Source: an uncultured delta proteobacterium
GTDB taxonomy: Bacteria; Myxococcota_A; Polyangia; Fen-1088
NCBI GenBank assembly: GCA_963737265.1
Contig: CAVTRY010000011.1
Coordinates: 32,001-96,000 of the forward strand
Direction of reading: 5' to 3'
DNA length: 64,000 bases
Below are positions 9,687 through 21,013 of this stretch, piece after piece. Each line of letters starts with the position of its first letter. Within the stretch, counting starts at the first letter, position 1. The position numbers and the translations under genes were made by a program. The notes under the pieces were generated by a model. The model saw only the letters and a program-made list of their open reading frames with translations, was not told the DNA's origin and searched no databases.

Positions 9687-10367
9687 ATGGCCGACGCTGC
9701 GCAGCCGCCAAGAGAGCTGATTCGCCTCATTTCGCACGACCTGCGCAGCCCGCTCACGGCCATGCAGCTCAACGCCCAGCTCATCGAACAGTCGGCGCTG
9801 CGGGACGGACGGGAGAAAGAGCAGCGCTGGGCCTCGCTCATCGTCGCGGCGACGCGCCGTCTGGATGGAATGCTTCGGCAACTAGGCGAGGCCGAGCGTG
9901 TTCGCTCCGGCCAGATCCCGCTGGCCATCGAACCACTAGTCTTCGACCAATTCTTGCGCCAACTCTTGGACAGCAGTGGGGACCTCGCCGGCGAGAGGGT
10001 TCATCTAATACCAGCGAAAGAATCGCTTGTCTTGTCGGCCGATCGCACGCGCCTCGGGCAAGCCATGCTCAATGTGCTGCACCTGGCTTTGCAACAGGTG
10101 GCCCCCCTCGCGCGTGTCACCGTGGACGCGCGAGATCGGGACGGGGAGCTTTGCTGCACGATCATCGCTCCCGTTCCGCCCGAGCTGACCGCACAAACCA
10201 GGGCAGGGAGCGCCGCCACGCCGGCAGCTCGCGCCGGAGGTTGCGGGGGGATCGCCCTCCACGTCGCGCGAACACTGATCGAGTGTCATGGTGGAAAACT
10301 GCGCGTTGCCGAGGACGCGGAGCGCGCCCTCGTATTCGAGATCGCTCTTCCCGCTGTTCGCAAGTAA
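9687..10367 (+). CDS. HisKA protein with degenerate ATPase domain (possible phosphotransferase/pseudokinase)
   Basis: ISHDLRSPL H-box intact; N-box NVLHLALQQ lacks conserved Asn, no DxGxG, G2 reduced to GGIAL. Confidence 0.7.
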   Translation: MADAAQPPRELIRLISHDLRSPLTAMQLNAQLIEQSALRDGREKEQRWASLIVAATRRLDGMLRQLGEAERVRSGQIPLAIEPLVFDQFLRQLLDSSGDLAGERVHLIPAKESLVLSADRTRLGQAMLNVLHLALQQVAPLARVTVDARDRDGELCCTIIAPVPPELTAQTRAGSAATPAARAGGCGGIALHVARTLIECHGGKLRVAEDAERALVFEIALPAVRK

Positions 10368-10376
10368 AATACCGAG

Positions 10377-11723
10377 CTATGGCAGCCCGTATTTCACCAT
10401 CTTCTCCCACAGATTCTTGCGCGTGATACCCAGCGTCTCGGCCGCGCGCTTTCGCTCCCCGCCCGCGTTTTGCAGCGTGCGTTCGATGTAGTCCTTTTCG
10501 AACCGCGCCATGACCATGGAAAGGGGCTCGTTGCGATCGCTCGCCACCGCCGGGGTCGAGCCGCGAAATTCGGCCGGCAGGTGATGGGTCTGGATGTCTT
10601 GTCCGTGAGCCAGAATAGCGGCGTGCTGGATGGCGTGCTTGAGCTCGCGGACATTGCCGGGGTAGCCATAGGATTTGAGCGCGGCCCACGCCGCGGGCGC
10701 GATGGCTGGGGTTGTCTGGCCGACCGGCGTGAACTCACGTAGGAATCCCTCGACCAACATGGGCAGATCCACCAGGCGCTCGCGCAGTGGCGGCAAGCGC
10801 AGATCGAAGACCTTGATGCGGTAATAGAGATCCTGGCGGAACTTGCTCTCCGCCCCCATCGTCTTGAGGTCGCGGTTACTGGCCGAGATCAGGCGCACGT
10901 CGACCTTCACCGAGGTATTGGTGCCAATCGGCTCGAAAGCACCGTCTTGCAGAACACGCAGAAGCTTGGCCTGCACCTCCATCGGCATTTCGCCGATCTC
11001 GTCGAGAAAAAGCGTGCCGCCATCCGCGGCCTTGAATCGCCCGTCGCGCCGTTTGACCGCGCCGGTGAAAGCGCCGCGCTCGTGGCCAAATAGCTCGGCC
11101 TCGATGAGCGTCGCTGGCACGGCCGCGCAGTTGACCGCCACGAACGGCGCGTCTCGGCGCTCGCTGGTGGTGTGAATCATGCGCGCGGCGAGCTCCTTTC
11201 CAGTACCGCTCTCTCCGCTGAGCAAGACCGCGGCAGAGCTCGACGCGATGGCGTTGATTTGATTGCGCACCTGTGCAATGGCAGGCGAGCGGCCTTCGAT
11301 GGCCTGGCCCACCTTGCGCATGGCCAGCTCGGCACGAACCTCGGCAAGTTCGCGCAACAGGCGCCAGCGCTCGTCGATGCGCTCGACCATGGCCAGCACC
11401 TCGGGCAACTCGAAGGGCTTGGTCACGTACTCGATAGCAGCCTCTTTGACTGCCGCAACGGCCTCCTGGATGCTACCGAAAGCGGTCATCAGAACCACGT
11501 GGGTATCCGGCTGTTCGTTGCGCACGCGGCGCAGGATGGTGAAACCATCCACCTTGGGCAGGCGGATGTCGCTCAGCACCAGGTTGAACGTCTGGTGATC
11601 GAGGAAACACATGGCCTCGCCCCCGTCAGAGGCAAGCGACACACGATGGCCTAGCTCGCGCAGGGCCTCGCCGAGAGGCAGTCGGATGTCCGCCTCATCG
11701 TCAACTAGTAGGATATCGAGCAT
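10377..11723 (-). CDS. Sigma54-dependent response regulator (NtrC family)
   Basis: LLVDDE receiver, GESGTGKE, ELFGHERGAFTGA, FLDEIGE, YPGNVREL, Fis-type HTH; start MLDILLVDD at 11723. Confidence 0.95.
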   Translation of the reverse strand: MLDILLVDDEADIRLPLGEALRELGHRVSLASDGGEAMCFLDHQTFNLVLSDIRLPKVDGFTILRRVRNEQPDTHVVLMTAFGSIQEAVAAVKEAAIEYVTKPFELPEVLAMVERIDERWRLLRELAEVRAELAMRKVGQAIEGRSPAIAQVRNQINAIASSSAAVLLSGESGTGKELAARMIHTTSERRDAPFVAVNCAAVPATLIEAELFGHERGAFTGAVKRRDGRFKAADGGTLFLDEIGEMPMEVQAKLLRVLQDGAFEPIGTNTSVKVDVRLISASNRDLKTMGAESKFRQDLYYRIKVFDLRLPPLRERLVDLPMLVEGFLREFTPVGQTTPAIAPAAWAALKSYGYPGNVRELKHAIQHAAILAHGQDIQTHHLPAEFRGSTPAVASDRNEPLSMVMARFEKDYIERTLQNAGGERKRAAETLGITRKNLWEKMVKYGLP

Positions 11724-12039
11724 CTCAGGTCCACGTTGCCGGAAACCGGCGACGAACGGATAGTGGGGCTCGGGCACCGCGAAGGCAAGCCACTTTTCCA
11801 TGACGGACGCATCCAGCCACGAACTTGGTCCATGGCTTGCAGCGCTGTAGCTCGGAAAGATGATGTTGCGAGGGACCGAGGGGGAGCGAGCGCGAAAGCG
11901 ATGAAATTTATGCAGGCATTGGAGCCAATACACCAGCCACTGACCTTGGACCTTGGTCTGGCCCTCGGCGGAGCCGAGCGCGACTCGTTCGGAACTGGTG
12001 ACGTCGCCAGAGGCGTCTGTCACCGGTCGGTGACACGCG

Positions 12040-12079
12040 CTCCAGCCTCCAGCCTCCAGCCTCCAGCCTCCAGCCTCCA
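12040..12079. repeat. Heptamer tandem repeat (CTCCAGC)x5.7
   Basis: Five perfect copies plus partial; reverse strand reads AGGCTGG repeats. Confidence 0.9.
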
Positions 12080-12104
12080 CCGTAATCCCGCTATAGTCGC
12101 GGAA

Positions 12105-12184
12105 GGTCGTGGCCGTGGCCGGAGTGATCTTCGTCGGCCACGGCCAGGGCCACGACCACGGCGACGACGACGTTTACGACCACC
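12105..12184. repeat. Hexamer-based palindromic repeat
   Basis: TGGCCGTGGCCG (12110-12121) pairs with CGGCCACGGCCA (12135-12146), followed by GGCCAC/GACCAC/GACGAC units. Confidence 0.65.
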
Positions 12185-12291
12185 ATTCATCGCTCCAACT
12201 AGGTGGCGCGTCCATCCTGGAAAGGAGCCTCTTTCTGCCGCCTTCCGCGACGTTGCTGCGCTTGTCGCGGATTACGGCTCCGGAGGCGGCA

Positions 12292-13005
12292 ATGACCAGG
12301 GTTAACTGCGAGCTGTGCCGCCATGGAGCCTTGGCAGCGCTGTCGCACGAGTTGCGCAACCCGCTAGCGGCCCTGAGCAACAGTCTCTATGTGCTGCAAC
12401 GAAGTCAGTGGCGCGAGCCACAAGCAGAGCGGGCCATGGCGGTGATGGATCGCCAGATACGCCATCTTGTTGCTCTCCTCGATGGTCTGGCAGATGCGGC
12501 TCGCCTCGAACAGGGGAGGGTAGAGCTACGCCTGGCGTCGGTCGACCTCGGTGCGATTCTGCGCAAGGCTCTCGACGACCATGAAGCCCTCTTCAGGCGT
12601 GGCGAGATCCAGAGCTTCTTGCAGATTCCCTCCGAGCCTGTCCACCTGCCTGCCGATGCCTTGCGCATTGAGCAGGTCATAAGCCATTTGCTTGAGAACG
12701 CGGCGCGGTTCACCCTCCCCGGCGGATCGGTGATGCTGTCTCTCGAAGCAGACAAGGCGGCAAGGGTCGCTCGCATCCGAGTGCGGGATTCAGGCATCGG
12801 GCTCGACCCCAATGTGCGCCATCAGTTGTTTCAGCCCTTCGTCCAGGCCGACACCTCCCTCGCGCGAACCCGAGGTGGGCTCGGCCTTGGCCTCGGGGTC
12901 GTCAAAGGCCTCGTCGAGCTACACGCTGGATTGGTAAGGGCCGAAAGCGAAGGCCCTGGTAGGGGCTCGACCTTTGTCGTCGAGCTACCGATGGAGAAGA
13001 GCTAG
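12292..13005 (+). CDS. Sensor-less histidine kinase (HisKA-HATPase)
   Basis: GGAGG RBS, MTRVNCELCRHGALAALSHELRNPL, HLLENAARF, DSGIG, GLGLGL. Confidence 0.88.
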   Translation: MTRVNCELCRHGALAALSHELRNPLAALSNSLYVLQRSQWREPQAERAMAVMDRQIRHLVALLDGLADAARLEQGRVELRLASVDLGAILRKALDDHEALFRRGEIQSFLQIPSEPVHLPADALRIEQVISHLLENAARFTLPGGSVMLSLEADKAARVARIRVRDSGIGLDPNVRHQLFQPFVQADTSLARTRGGLGLGLGVVKGLVELHAGLVRAESEGPGRGSTFVVELPMEKS

Positions 13006-13032
13006 CGGGCGCTGCGCCTGCGCGCCCGCTAG
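13002..13032. terminator. GC-rich hairpin between convergent genes
   Basis: CTAGCGGGCGC / GCGCCCGCTAG perfect 11-bp inverted repeat, 9-nt loop; no strong U tract. Confidence 0.45.
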
Positions 13033-13051
13033 ACAGATTTTCGAGCCGCCG

Positions 13052-13735
13052 TCAGATGGCCAGATAGTCACCGATATTCTCGCGGAGAACGGCACGCGCC
13101 CGATGAAGCCTTGTCTTGATCGCCTGCTCCGACACTCCGAGCGACTGGGCTGCCTGCGACGTGGAATGACCTTCGATCTCCCGCGCTAGGAAAACCTGCC
13201 GTAGCGAGTCGGGCAACTTCTCGACCGCGTTCTGAATCTCTCTTCGCAATTCCCCAAAGGCCAAGTGCTCGTCAGGGCGAGGCGGCCCGCTGAAACGTGA
13301 TTCATGGTTCGAATTCGCGGCCCCAGCAGCGCTCTCATCCGGAAGAATCTTGGAAAATGTGAACGTCGGTCTTCGGCTGCGCACGCGCAGGAACATCAGC
13401 GAAGCGTTGGCGGTGACGCGATAAAGCCAGCTACCTATCTGAGAGCGGCCCTCGAATCCAGGTAGCTTCCGCCAAACCGTGATGAAGACATCCTGTAGGA
13501 TCTCTCGTGCATCGTTCTCGTCATGCACGATACGCACCGCCAAACGAAACAGCCGCGCCTCGTGCCGATCGAGCAACGTCTTGAGGGCCATCAAGTCGCT
13601 CTTTTGTGCTCGCGCGACCAAATCTTCGTCGGTCAGCCATTCGCGCGCGCCGAGTGCCTCGGCAGCTGGCGCTTCATGCGACGACAGATCGGTCGAATAT
13701 GAAGGTGGAGTAGGGTCCGTGGCACAGATGTTCAT
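13052..13735 (-). CDS. ECF-family RNA polymerase sigma factor
   Basis: DEDLVARAQ, DAREILQDVF, FEGRSQIGSWLYRV (region 2); LPDSLRQVFLARE...IKTRLHRAR (region 4); start set at ATG 13735. Confidence 0.92.
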   Translation of the reverse strand: MNICATDPTPPSYSTDLSSHEAPAAEALGAREWLTDEDLVARAQKSDLMALKTLLDRHEARLFRLAVRIVHDENDAREILQDVFITVWRKLPGFEGRSQIGSWLYRVTANASLMFLRVRSRRPTFTFSKILPDESAAGAANSNHESRFSGPPRPDEHLAFGELRREIQNAVEKLPDSLRQVFLAREIEGHSTSQAAQSLGVSEQAIKTRLHRARAVLRENIGDYLAI

Positions 13736-13820
13736 GCTTTTTCTCGCGATGTGGGTGAGGTGGCCCGTCTCGAAAAGGCCTTTCCAGCCGAGACTGCCAA
13801 TGCCGTTCCACCGTGAGCTC

Positions 13821-13836
13821 AGCAATACCCATGCCG
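13821..13836 (-). promoter_or_regulatory. Putative sigma54 promoter for ECF sigma gene
   Basis: Minus strand CGGCATGGGTATTGCT, GG-N10-GC with TTGCT. Confidence 0.6.
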
Positions 13837-14209
13837 CCGACGCAAATCACTTCTCGCCATTGGGTACGTTGCATGAACCCGGGTTTTGGAGTGAAGCGAC
13901 CGGAAACCCAAGGGCGCATCCTCAAGAGCAGATCGCGAGACCTGCCACGTATGGGTGTGTCAGCCGAGAGAATGGATGGAAAACCCTGGGCCTGTGCAAC
14001 GCACCCCCTCGCTCATTGGTTCTTCTTGGCGGGTTCGCGGAATCGCGAGCAGCTCACTGCGGGGTCGTCTGGATTTGAGATCCGATCGAGGGCAAGCCAC
14101 CTGGGAAGGAAGCCGGGGTTCTTCGCGCTCCATTCTATTTCGGTAGTGAGACGCCAGGTTTCGGTCACCAGACGGTAACGCTTCCTGTGGCACGACCACC
14201 CCGCTGACC

Positions 14210-14272
14210 AGGCACCAGGCTTCAGGCTTCAGGCTTCATCGCCGCTCTCTGACAAGCCAGACCCTGGAGCCT
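14210..14272. repeat. Heptamer tandem repeat (AGGCTTC)x3-4 with downstream inverted copy
   Basis: AGGCACC AGGCTTC AGGCTTC AGGCTTC then CCTGGAGCCT at 14263-14272. Confidence 0.75.
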
Positions 14273-14311
14273 TGCGTTGTGGACGAAGCCCGCGCTTTTG
14301 CCCCTCGACCG

Positions 14312-15010
14312 TTAGAATGTCTCGCCTAGCCACTTGAACTGCGCGTAGGAGCAATGTAGCCACACCTTGATTCGCTGACGGTCCAGGCGGGTAAAGGAAC
14401 CGCTGGCGAAATCCGGGTTGTTGGCGGCGGCCCAGAAGCTGGCGTCCTGTCGATCCATCTTTTGCATCGCCGCTGGCTGCAGCTCCGGCAACTCGATAAC
14501 CACTGCCCCAAGCTTGCTTGCCTTGGCGCAAGTCTCGGAACCATCGAAGAACGAAAAATCTTTCCCGCGTCCAAAGTTCTTCACGATGCAAATTCGAGCC
14601 GTGGCGCCATAGCGATCGAGCAGTCGATCAAGCATCAGCACCGAATCCTTGCCGTCGTCCATGACATGCCAAAATACGACGCCCACGTTACACTCGCGAG
14701 CCAGATCGAGCACGCCAGCCTCGGCAATCCATTTTGACAGCGGCCGGTCGCTTTGCGAGGGGAGATCGACCAGCACGCGACGATCAGACTCGGTCGCGAG
14801 GGTCAAAATCTCGTCTACGCTTTCCGAACGTTCGAGGTCGACCGGCCGGGTGTAGTCTGCATAGTGTCGCAGGAGCGCTCCGTGCGAACCATCCGCATCA
14901 AGGGCAAGGAACGGCAGCGCACGATCGATGAGATACTGCGCACACAAGCGCGCCACGACCGATTTGCCGACCCCACCCTTTTCGCCACCAATGAAATGAA
15001 TTGTGCTCAT
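14312..15010 (-). CDS. ParA/MinD-superfamily P-loop NTPase (MobD-like)
   Basis: MSTIHFIGGEKGGVGKS deviant Walker A, ALDAD, VLVDLP. Confidence 0.85.
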   Translation of the reverse strand: MSTIHFIGGEKGGVGKSVVARLCAQYLIDRALPFLALDADGSHGALLRHYADYTRPVDLERSESVDEILTLATESDRRVLVDLPSQSDRPLSKWIAEAGVLDLARECNVGVVFWHVMDDGKDSVLMLDRLLDRYGATARICIVKNFGRGKDFSFFDGSETCAKASKLGAVVIELPELQPAAMQKMDRQDASFWAAANNPDFASGSFTRLDRQRIKVWLHCSYAQFKWLGETF

Positions 15011-15092
15011 GCGCCTAAGATGACAAAAACGTCGCTTGGTTCCACCCGTTGTGCAGGGACGACTGCGAACCCTTGCAACATGCTGGCGGGGT

Positions 15093-15467
15093 TCATGGCG
15101 TGTGTTTCCGCGTGAAGCGGGCGCCATGTACCGAAACCGGGCCGAGGTCGTGCCGCATCGGCGCTTCGAAGAACTGCGGAACGAGACGCCACTCTTCGAC
15201 CAGCCCACCTGCATTCGGGGACGAGCTCAAGCGCTCGAGATCCGAAGGGTCGAGCGGTTTCCGCTTGAAGGCGTCTTGGATTCGGCTGAACACGCCGTTG
15301 CGCCACTGGAACACTTCGTCCAGCTTCTCGACATAGGTAAACGCGTGGTTGTTTTCGCCGTAGTAGTCGTCGAATAGGTCACGACCGAGATAGATCGCGT
15401 TGGAGCCAGAGACTTCAGGTATTCCGCCATCCCCATTTTGATCGCCGGCAGATGGTGCCGTGGACAC
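15093..15467 (-). pseudogene. Possible gene fragment / hypothetical protein
   Basis: Protein-like composition (aromatic and acidic), contains DQNGDG resembling a calcium-blade motif; no convincing start. Confidence 0.3.
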
Positions 15468-15779
15468 GCAAACTTCACGCCTTCATCGGTGCGGCCCAGG
15501 ACGTCCGCCGCGGCGGCGTCCCAGGTAATCGGCGTCGTAGCCAGGAAGACGCTGGTCAACCACATCCCCCCGTGCCAGGCGCGTGCGGCGTTTGTCCCGC
15601 TTGGACACACAGCCCACCCAAGAAGCTTCTGCGGCCGACGGCTTCGTCTCACTTGAAGGTATTGCATATGCGTAGGATGAAGAAGCCGGCGCCGAGTGAC
15701 GGTTGCATGCGCTCGACGCAGGCCTATCTTCCAGAGCCTCATTGCTACCGCCGTCTGAAATGTGACAACATCTTCCTGC

Positions 15780-16970
15780 ATGAGGAAGAAATACGTGGTT
15801 CACCGACCACTCGCAATTGAGCGGCCCGATCTTGTGGCCGAGTGGCACCCGTCGAAGAATCTTCCGCTGACTCCATATGAGGTGACGGCGGGTATGGAGA
15901 CCCGCGTGTGGTGGAAATGCCCCAAGGGCCCGGACCACGTGTGGGAGGCGACGATCCTCGGGAGAGCCGTCCGCGGCAAGGGTTGTCCAGTTTGTGCGAA
16001 TCGCCTGGTAACCCCGAAGAACTCGCTTGCGGTTCGGGCGCCCAAACTCGCGCAAGAATGGCACCCGACGAAGAACGGCTCCGTCAGGCCGACGGACGTG
16101 GTGCCCGGTTCGGGCAAGAGGGTGTGGTGGCAGTGTCGCTTCGGCCACGAGTGGCAGGCCAGCCTCGTCCAGCGGACCAAGGTGGCCACCCGCTGTCCAT
16201 ATTGCGTGGGGTATCGGGTCACCCCCGAGCGCACGCTCGCCGCCCAGGAGCCGGCCCTGGCCAGGACCTGGCACCCGACGAAGAACAGGGAATTGAAACC
16301 GATCGACGTGGGACCGGGCACTGCCAAGAAGGTCTGGTGGCTGTGCAAACGCGGTCACGAATGGCGGGCGGCCGTTAACTCACGGGCTCGCAGGGGCACC
16401 GGCTGTCCGATGTGTGCGGGCAACAAGGTCAGCCCCGAGCGGTCGCTCGCGACCGTGGCGCCCGACGTGGCCGCCACCTGGCACCCCACCCGCAATGGAC
16501 GGTTGCGACCCAAGGATGTCATGCCGGGCACCGACCGAAAGGTTTGGTGGAAATGCCCGGTGGGTCCGGACCACGAGTGGAAGATGTCGATCGTTGCGAG
16601 GCGTATCTATTTCAGCTGTCCGTTCTGCACCAACCATCGGGTGTCTTGCACGAACTCGCTCGCCACGGTGGCAAAGAAGATCGCCCGGGACTGGCACCCG
16701 ACGAAGAACGGCAAGCTGCGACCGACCGACGTCGTGTATGGTAGCGGCAAGCTCGTCTGGTGGCGGTGCCAGTTTGGCCACGAGTGGTCTGCGACTGTCA
16801 TCTGCCGCACTCGCGGAAGCGGTGGTTGCCCGGGCTGCCGCTTCGATTCGCAACTCCAGCGCCGCCGCGAAACGCACAAGTTGCTCCCGGTCGATCGCGC
16901 GTTGTTGGCGATCGAGGAGGAAGCGCGCCGGGCGGCTTCCCGAAAACCGAACGTGAAATCGCGACGCTGA
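15780..16970 (+). CDS. Tandem zinc-ribbon (DUF4379-like treble-clef) repeat protein, 5 repeats
   Basis: Five copies of WHP[TS][KR]N...VWWxC..(G)HxW...CPxC. Confidence 0.9.
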   Translation: MRKKYVVHRPLAIERPDLVAEWHPSKNLPLTPYEVTAGMETRVWWKCPKGPDHVWEATILGRAVRGKGCPVCANRLVTPKNSLAVRAPKLAQEWHPTKNGSVRPTDVVPGSGKRVWWQCRFGHEWQASLVQRTKVATRCPYCVGYRVTPERTLAAQEPALARTWHPTKNRELKPIDVGPGTAKKVWWLCKRGHEWRAAVNSRARRGTGCPMCAGNKVSPERSLATVAPDVAATWHPTRNGRLRPKDVMPGTDRKVWWKCPVGPDHEWKMSIVARRIYFSCPFCTNHRVSCTNSLATVAKKIARDWHPTKNGKLRPTDVVYGSGKLVWWRCQFGHEWSATVICRTRGSGGCPGCRFDSQLQRRRETHKLLPVDRALLAIEEEARRAASRKPNVKSRR

Positions 16971-17064
16971 AGTGCTGGACCGCGGCGAGGCTGTCGCGTG
17001 TTGCGCCTGGGAGGTACTTGCGAGAAGGTCGAGGCCGCGATCGTGGGCAGGCGATGCGCGGAGG

Positions 17065-17701
17065 TCGCCCGACATCTTTCCGGAAATCAACATCCCTGTC
17101 ATCAGCCTAATCTGGAATTACAACGGGCTCGAGCCCCAGGAAATGGAGCGAAGGATAACGTCCAACTCCGAGCGCTCAAAACGTGTCCATAAATGGACCC
17201 GTCTTGAAGATTTTTGAAGGGAGGGCCGCTGCCCTCCCCTCGTCCGCGAAGTAAATTCGCGGACTTCACCCCACCTGCGGCCGAGCCCTTGGCTTGGCTC
17301 GGCTGCTGAAGAACTGTCCAATTTTTGGACAGTTCTTCAGTGACCACGCTGGTCAACGACGTCGAACACATCGAGTCCCAGTCCATGAACGGGATCTCGG
17401 TGGTCAAGATTTTCTTCCAACCCTCCGCCAACGTCCAAGTCGCACTCGCGCAAACCACGGCCATCGCTCAAACCATACTGCGCGGCCTCCCGCCCGGCAC
17501 GACGCCGCCGCTTGTGGCCATCTTCTCCGCCTCCACTGTGCCGGTGCTCCAAATCGGGCTGACCAGCGACAGCATGAGCGAACAGGCCCTGTTTGACTTC
17601 GGCAACAATTTCATCCGCACCCAGCTTGCCACGGTCCAGGGGGCGTCCATTCCCTTTCCCTACGGGGGCAAGCAACGCTTGATTTCCGTCGACCTCAACC
17701 C
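17065..17701 (+). pseudogene. RND efflux permease (AcrB/CzcA family) N-terminal fragment interrupted by MITE
   Basis: DIFPEINIPVISLIWNYNGLEPQEMERRITSNSERS | VTTLVNDVEHIESQS...LPPGTTPP...PFPYGGKQRLISVDLNP; then homology stops. Confidence 0.88.
17179..17336. mobile_element. 158-bp MITE-like element with 3-bp TCA target duplication
   Basis: TCA at 17176-17178 and 17337-17339; ends AAACGTGTCCATAAAT vs reverse-complement AGAACTGTCCAAAAAT; removal plus one TCA restores the RND frame (ERS-VTTL). Confidence 0.82.
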
Positions 17702-17715
17702 AGCGACGCCAGGTC

Positions 17716-18045
17716 GTGTTGAGTGCTTTTCAGGAAGTCCAGGACGAGGTCACGGGAATCGAAGTCCTTCGTCAGGCCATGCAAGCGCAACAATTGGCCT
17801 TGGACGCGGCCAAGAGGACGCTAGAGATCTCCACCAACCGTTACACCGGCGGACTCGTGAGCTATCTCGACGTCGTCACGGCCCAACAGAATCTGCTTAC
17901 CAACGAGCGGCAGATGGCCGTCATCGGGGCGCAGCAACTCGTGGTCAGCGTGCTCCTGGTCAAGGCTTTGGGCGGCGGCTGGGACGCGGCCAGCTTGGCC
18001 GCGGTCCAGGTAAAGCCAAGAGCGAAGGACCTGGTCTCTCGCTAG
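17716..18045 (+). pseudogene. Outer-membrane efflux factor (NodT/OprM family) C-terminal fragment
   Basis: VLSAFQEVQD...RYTGGLVSYLDVVTAQ...LVKALGGGW; N-terminal ~3/4 missing. Confidence 0.88.
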
Positions 18046-18062
18046 GAGCTGGATCGGAAAAC

Positions 18063-18090
18063 TTGACGGCGCTAGGACCGGAGCTACGGT
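18063..18090 (+). promoter_or_regulatory. Possible sigma70 promoter of ftsK
   Basis: TTGACG-N16-TACGGT upstream of ATG 18149. Confidence 0.35.
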
Positions 18091-18148
18091 GGTGATGTAG
18101 GTATAGGTAGTAAGATAGTTACATACCCCGACACACACCAGGGACAAC

Positions 18149-20947
<2,799 letters not shown>

Positions 20948-21013
20948 TCGCTCGCTGCGAATGTCTGCCGTCGCGCACGCTTGGCGCTCTGGCTTTGTTG
21001 TAAGCTCGCTCGC

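Noticed and set aside
11724-12080. N-terminal extension of the NtrC regulator (MEAGGWRLEAGGW...)
   Set aside because: Translation of the heptamer repeat and intergenic DNA; receiver domain begins at 11723.
12109-12291. His/Asp-rich metal-binding N-terminus on the kinase
   Set aside because: Derives from a palindromic hexamer repeat; strong GGAGG RBS supports ATG 12292.
15780-16860. Regularly spaced TGGCACCC repeats as CRISPR array or DGR template
   Set aside because: In-frame protein repeats with synonymous variation; no cas or reverse transcriptase.
14312-18045. Integrated plasmid or ICE
   Set aside because: No integrase, relaxase, T4SS, att repeats or tRNA seen.
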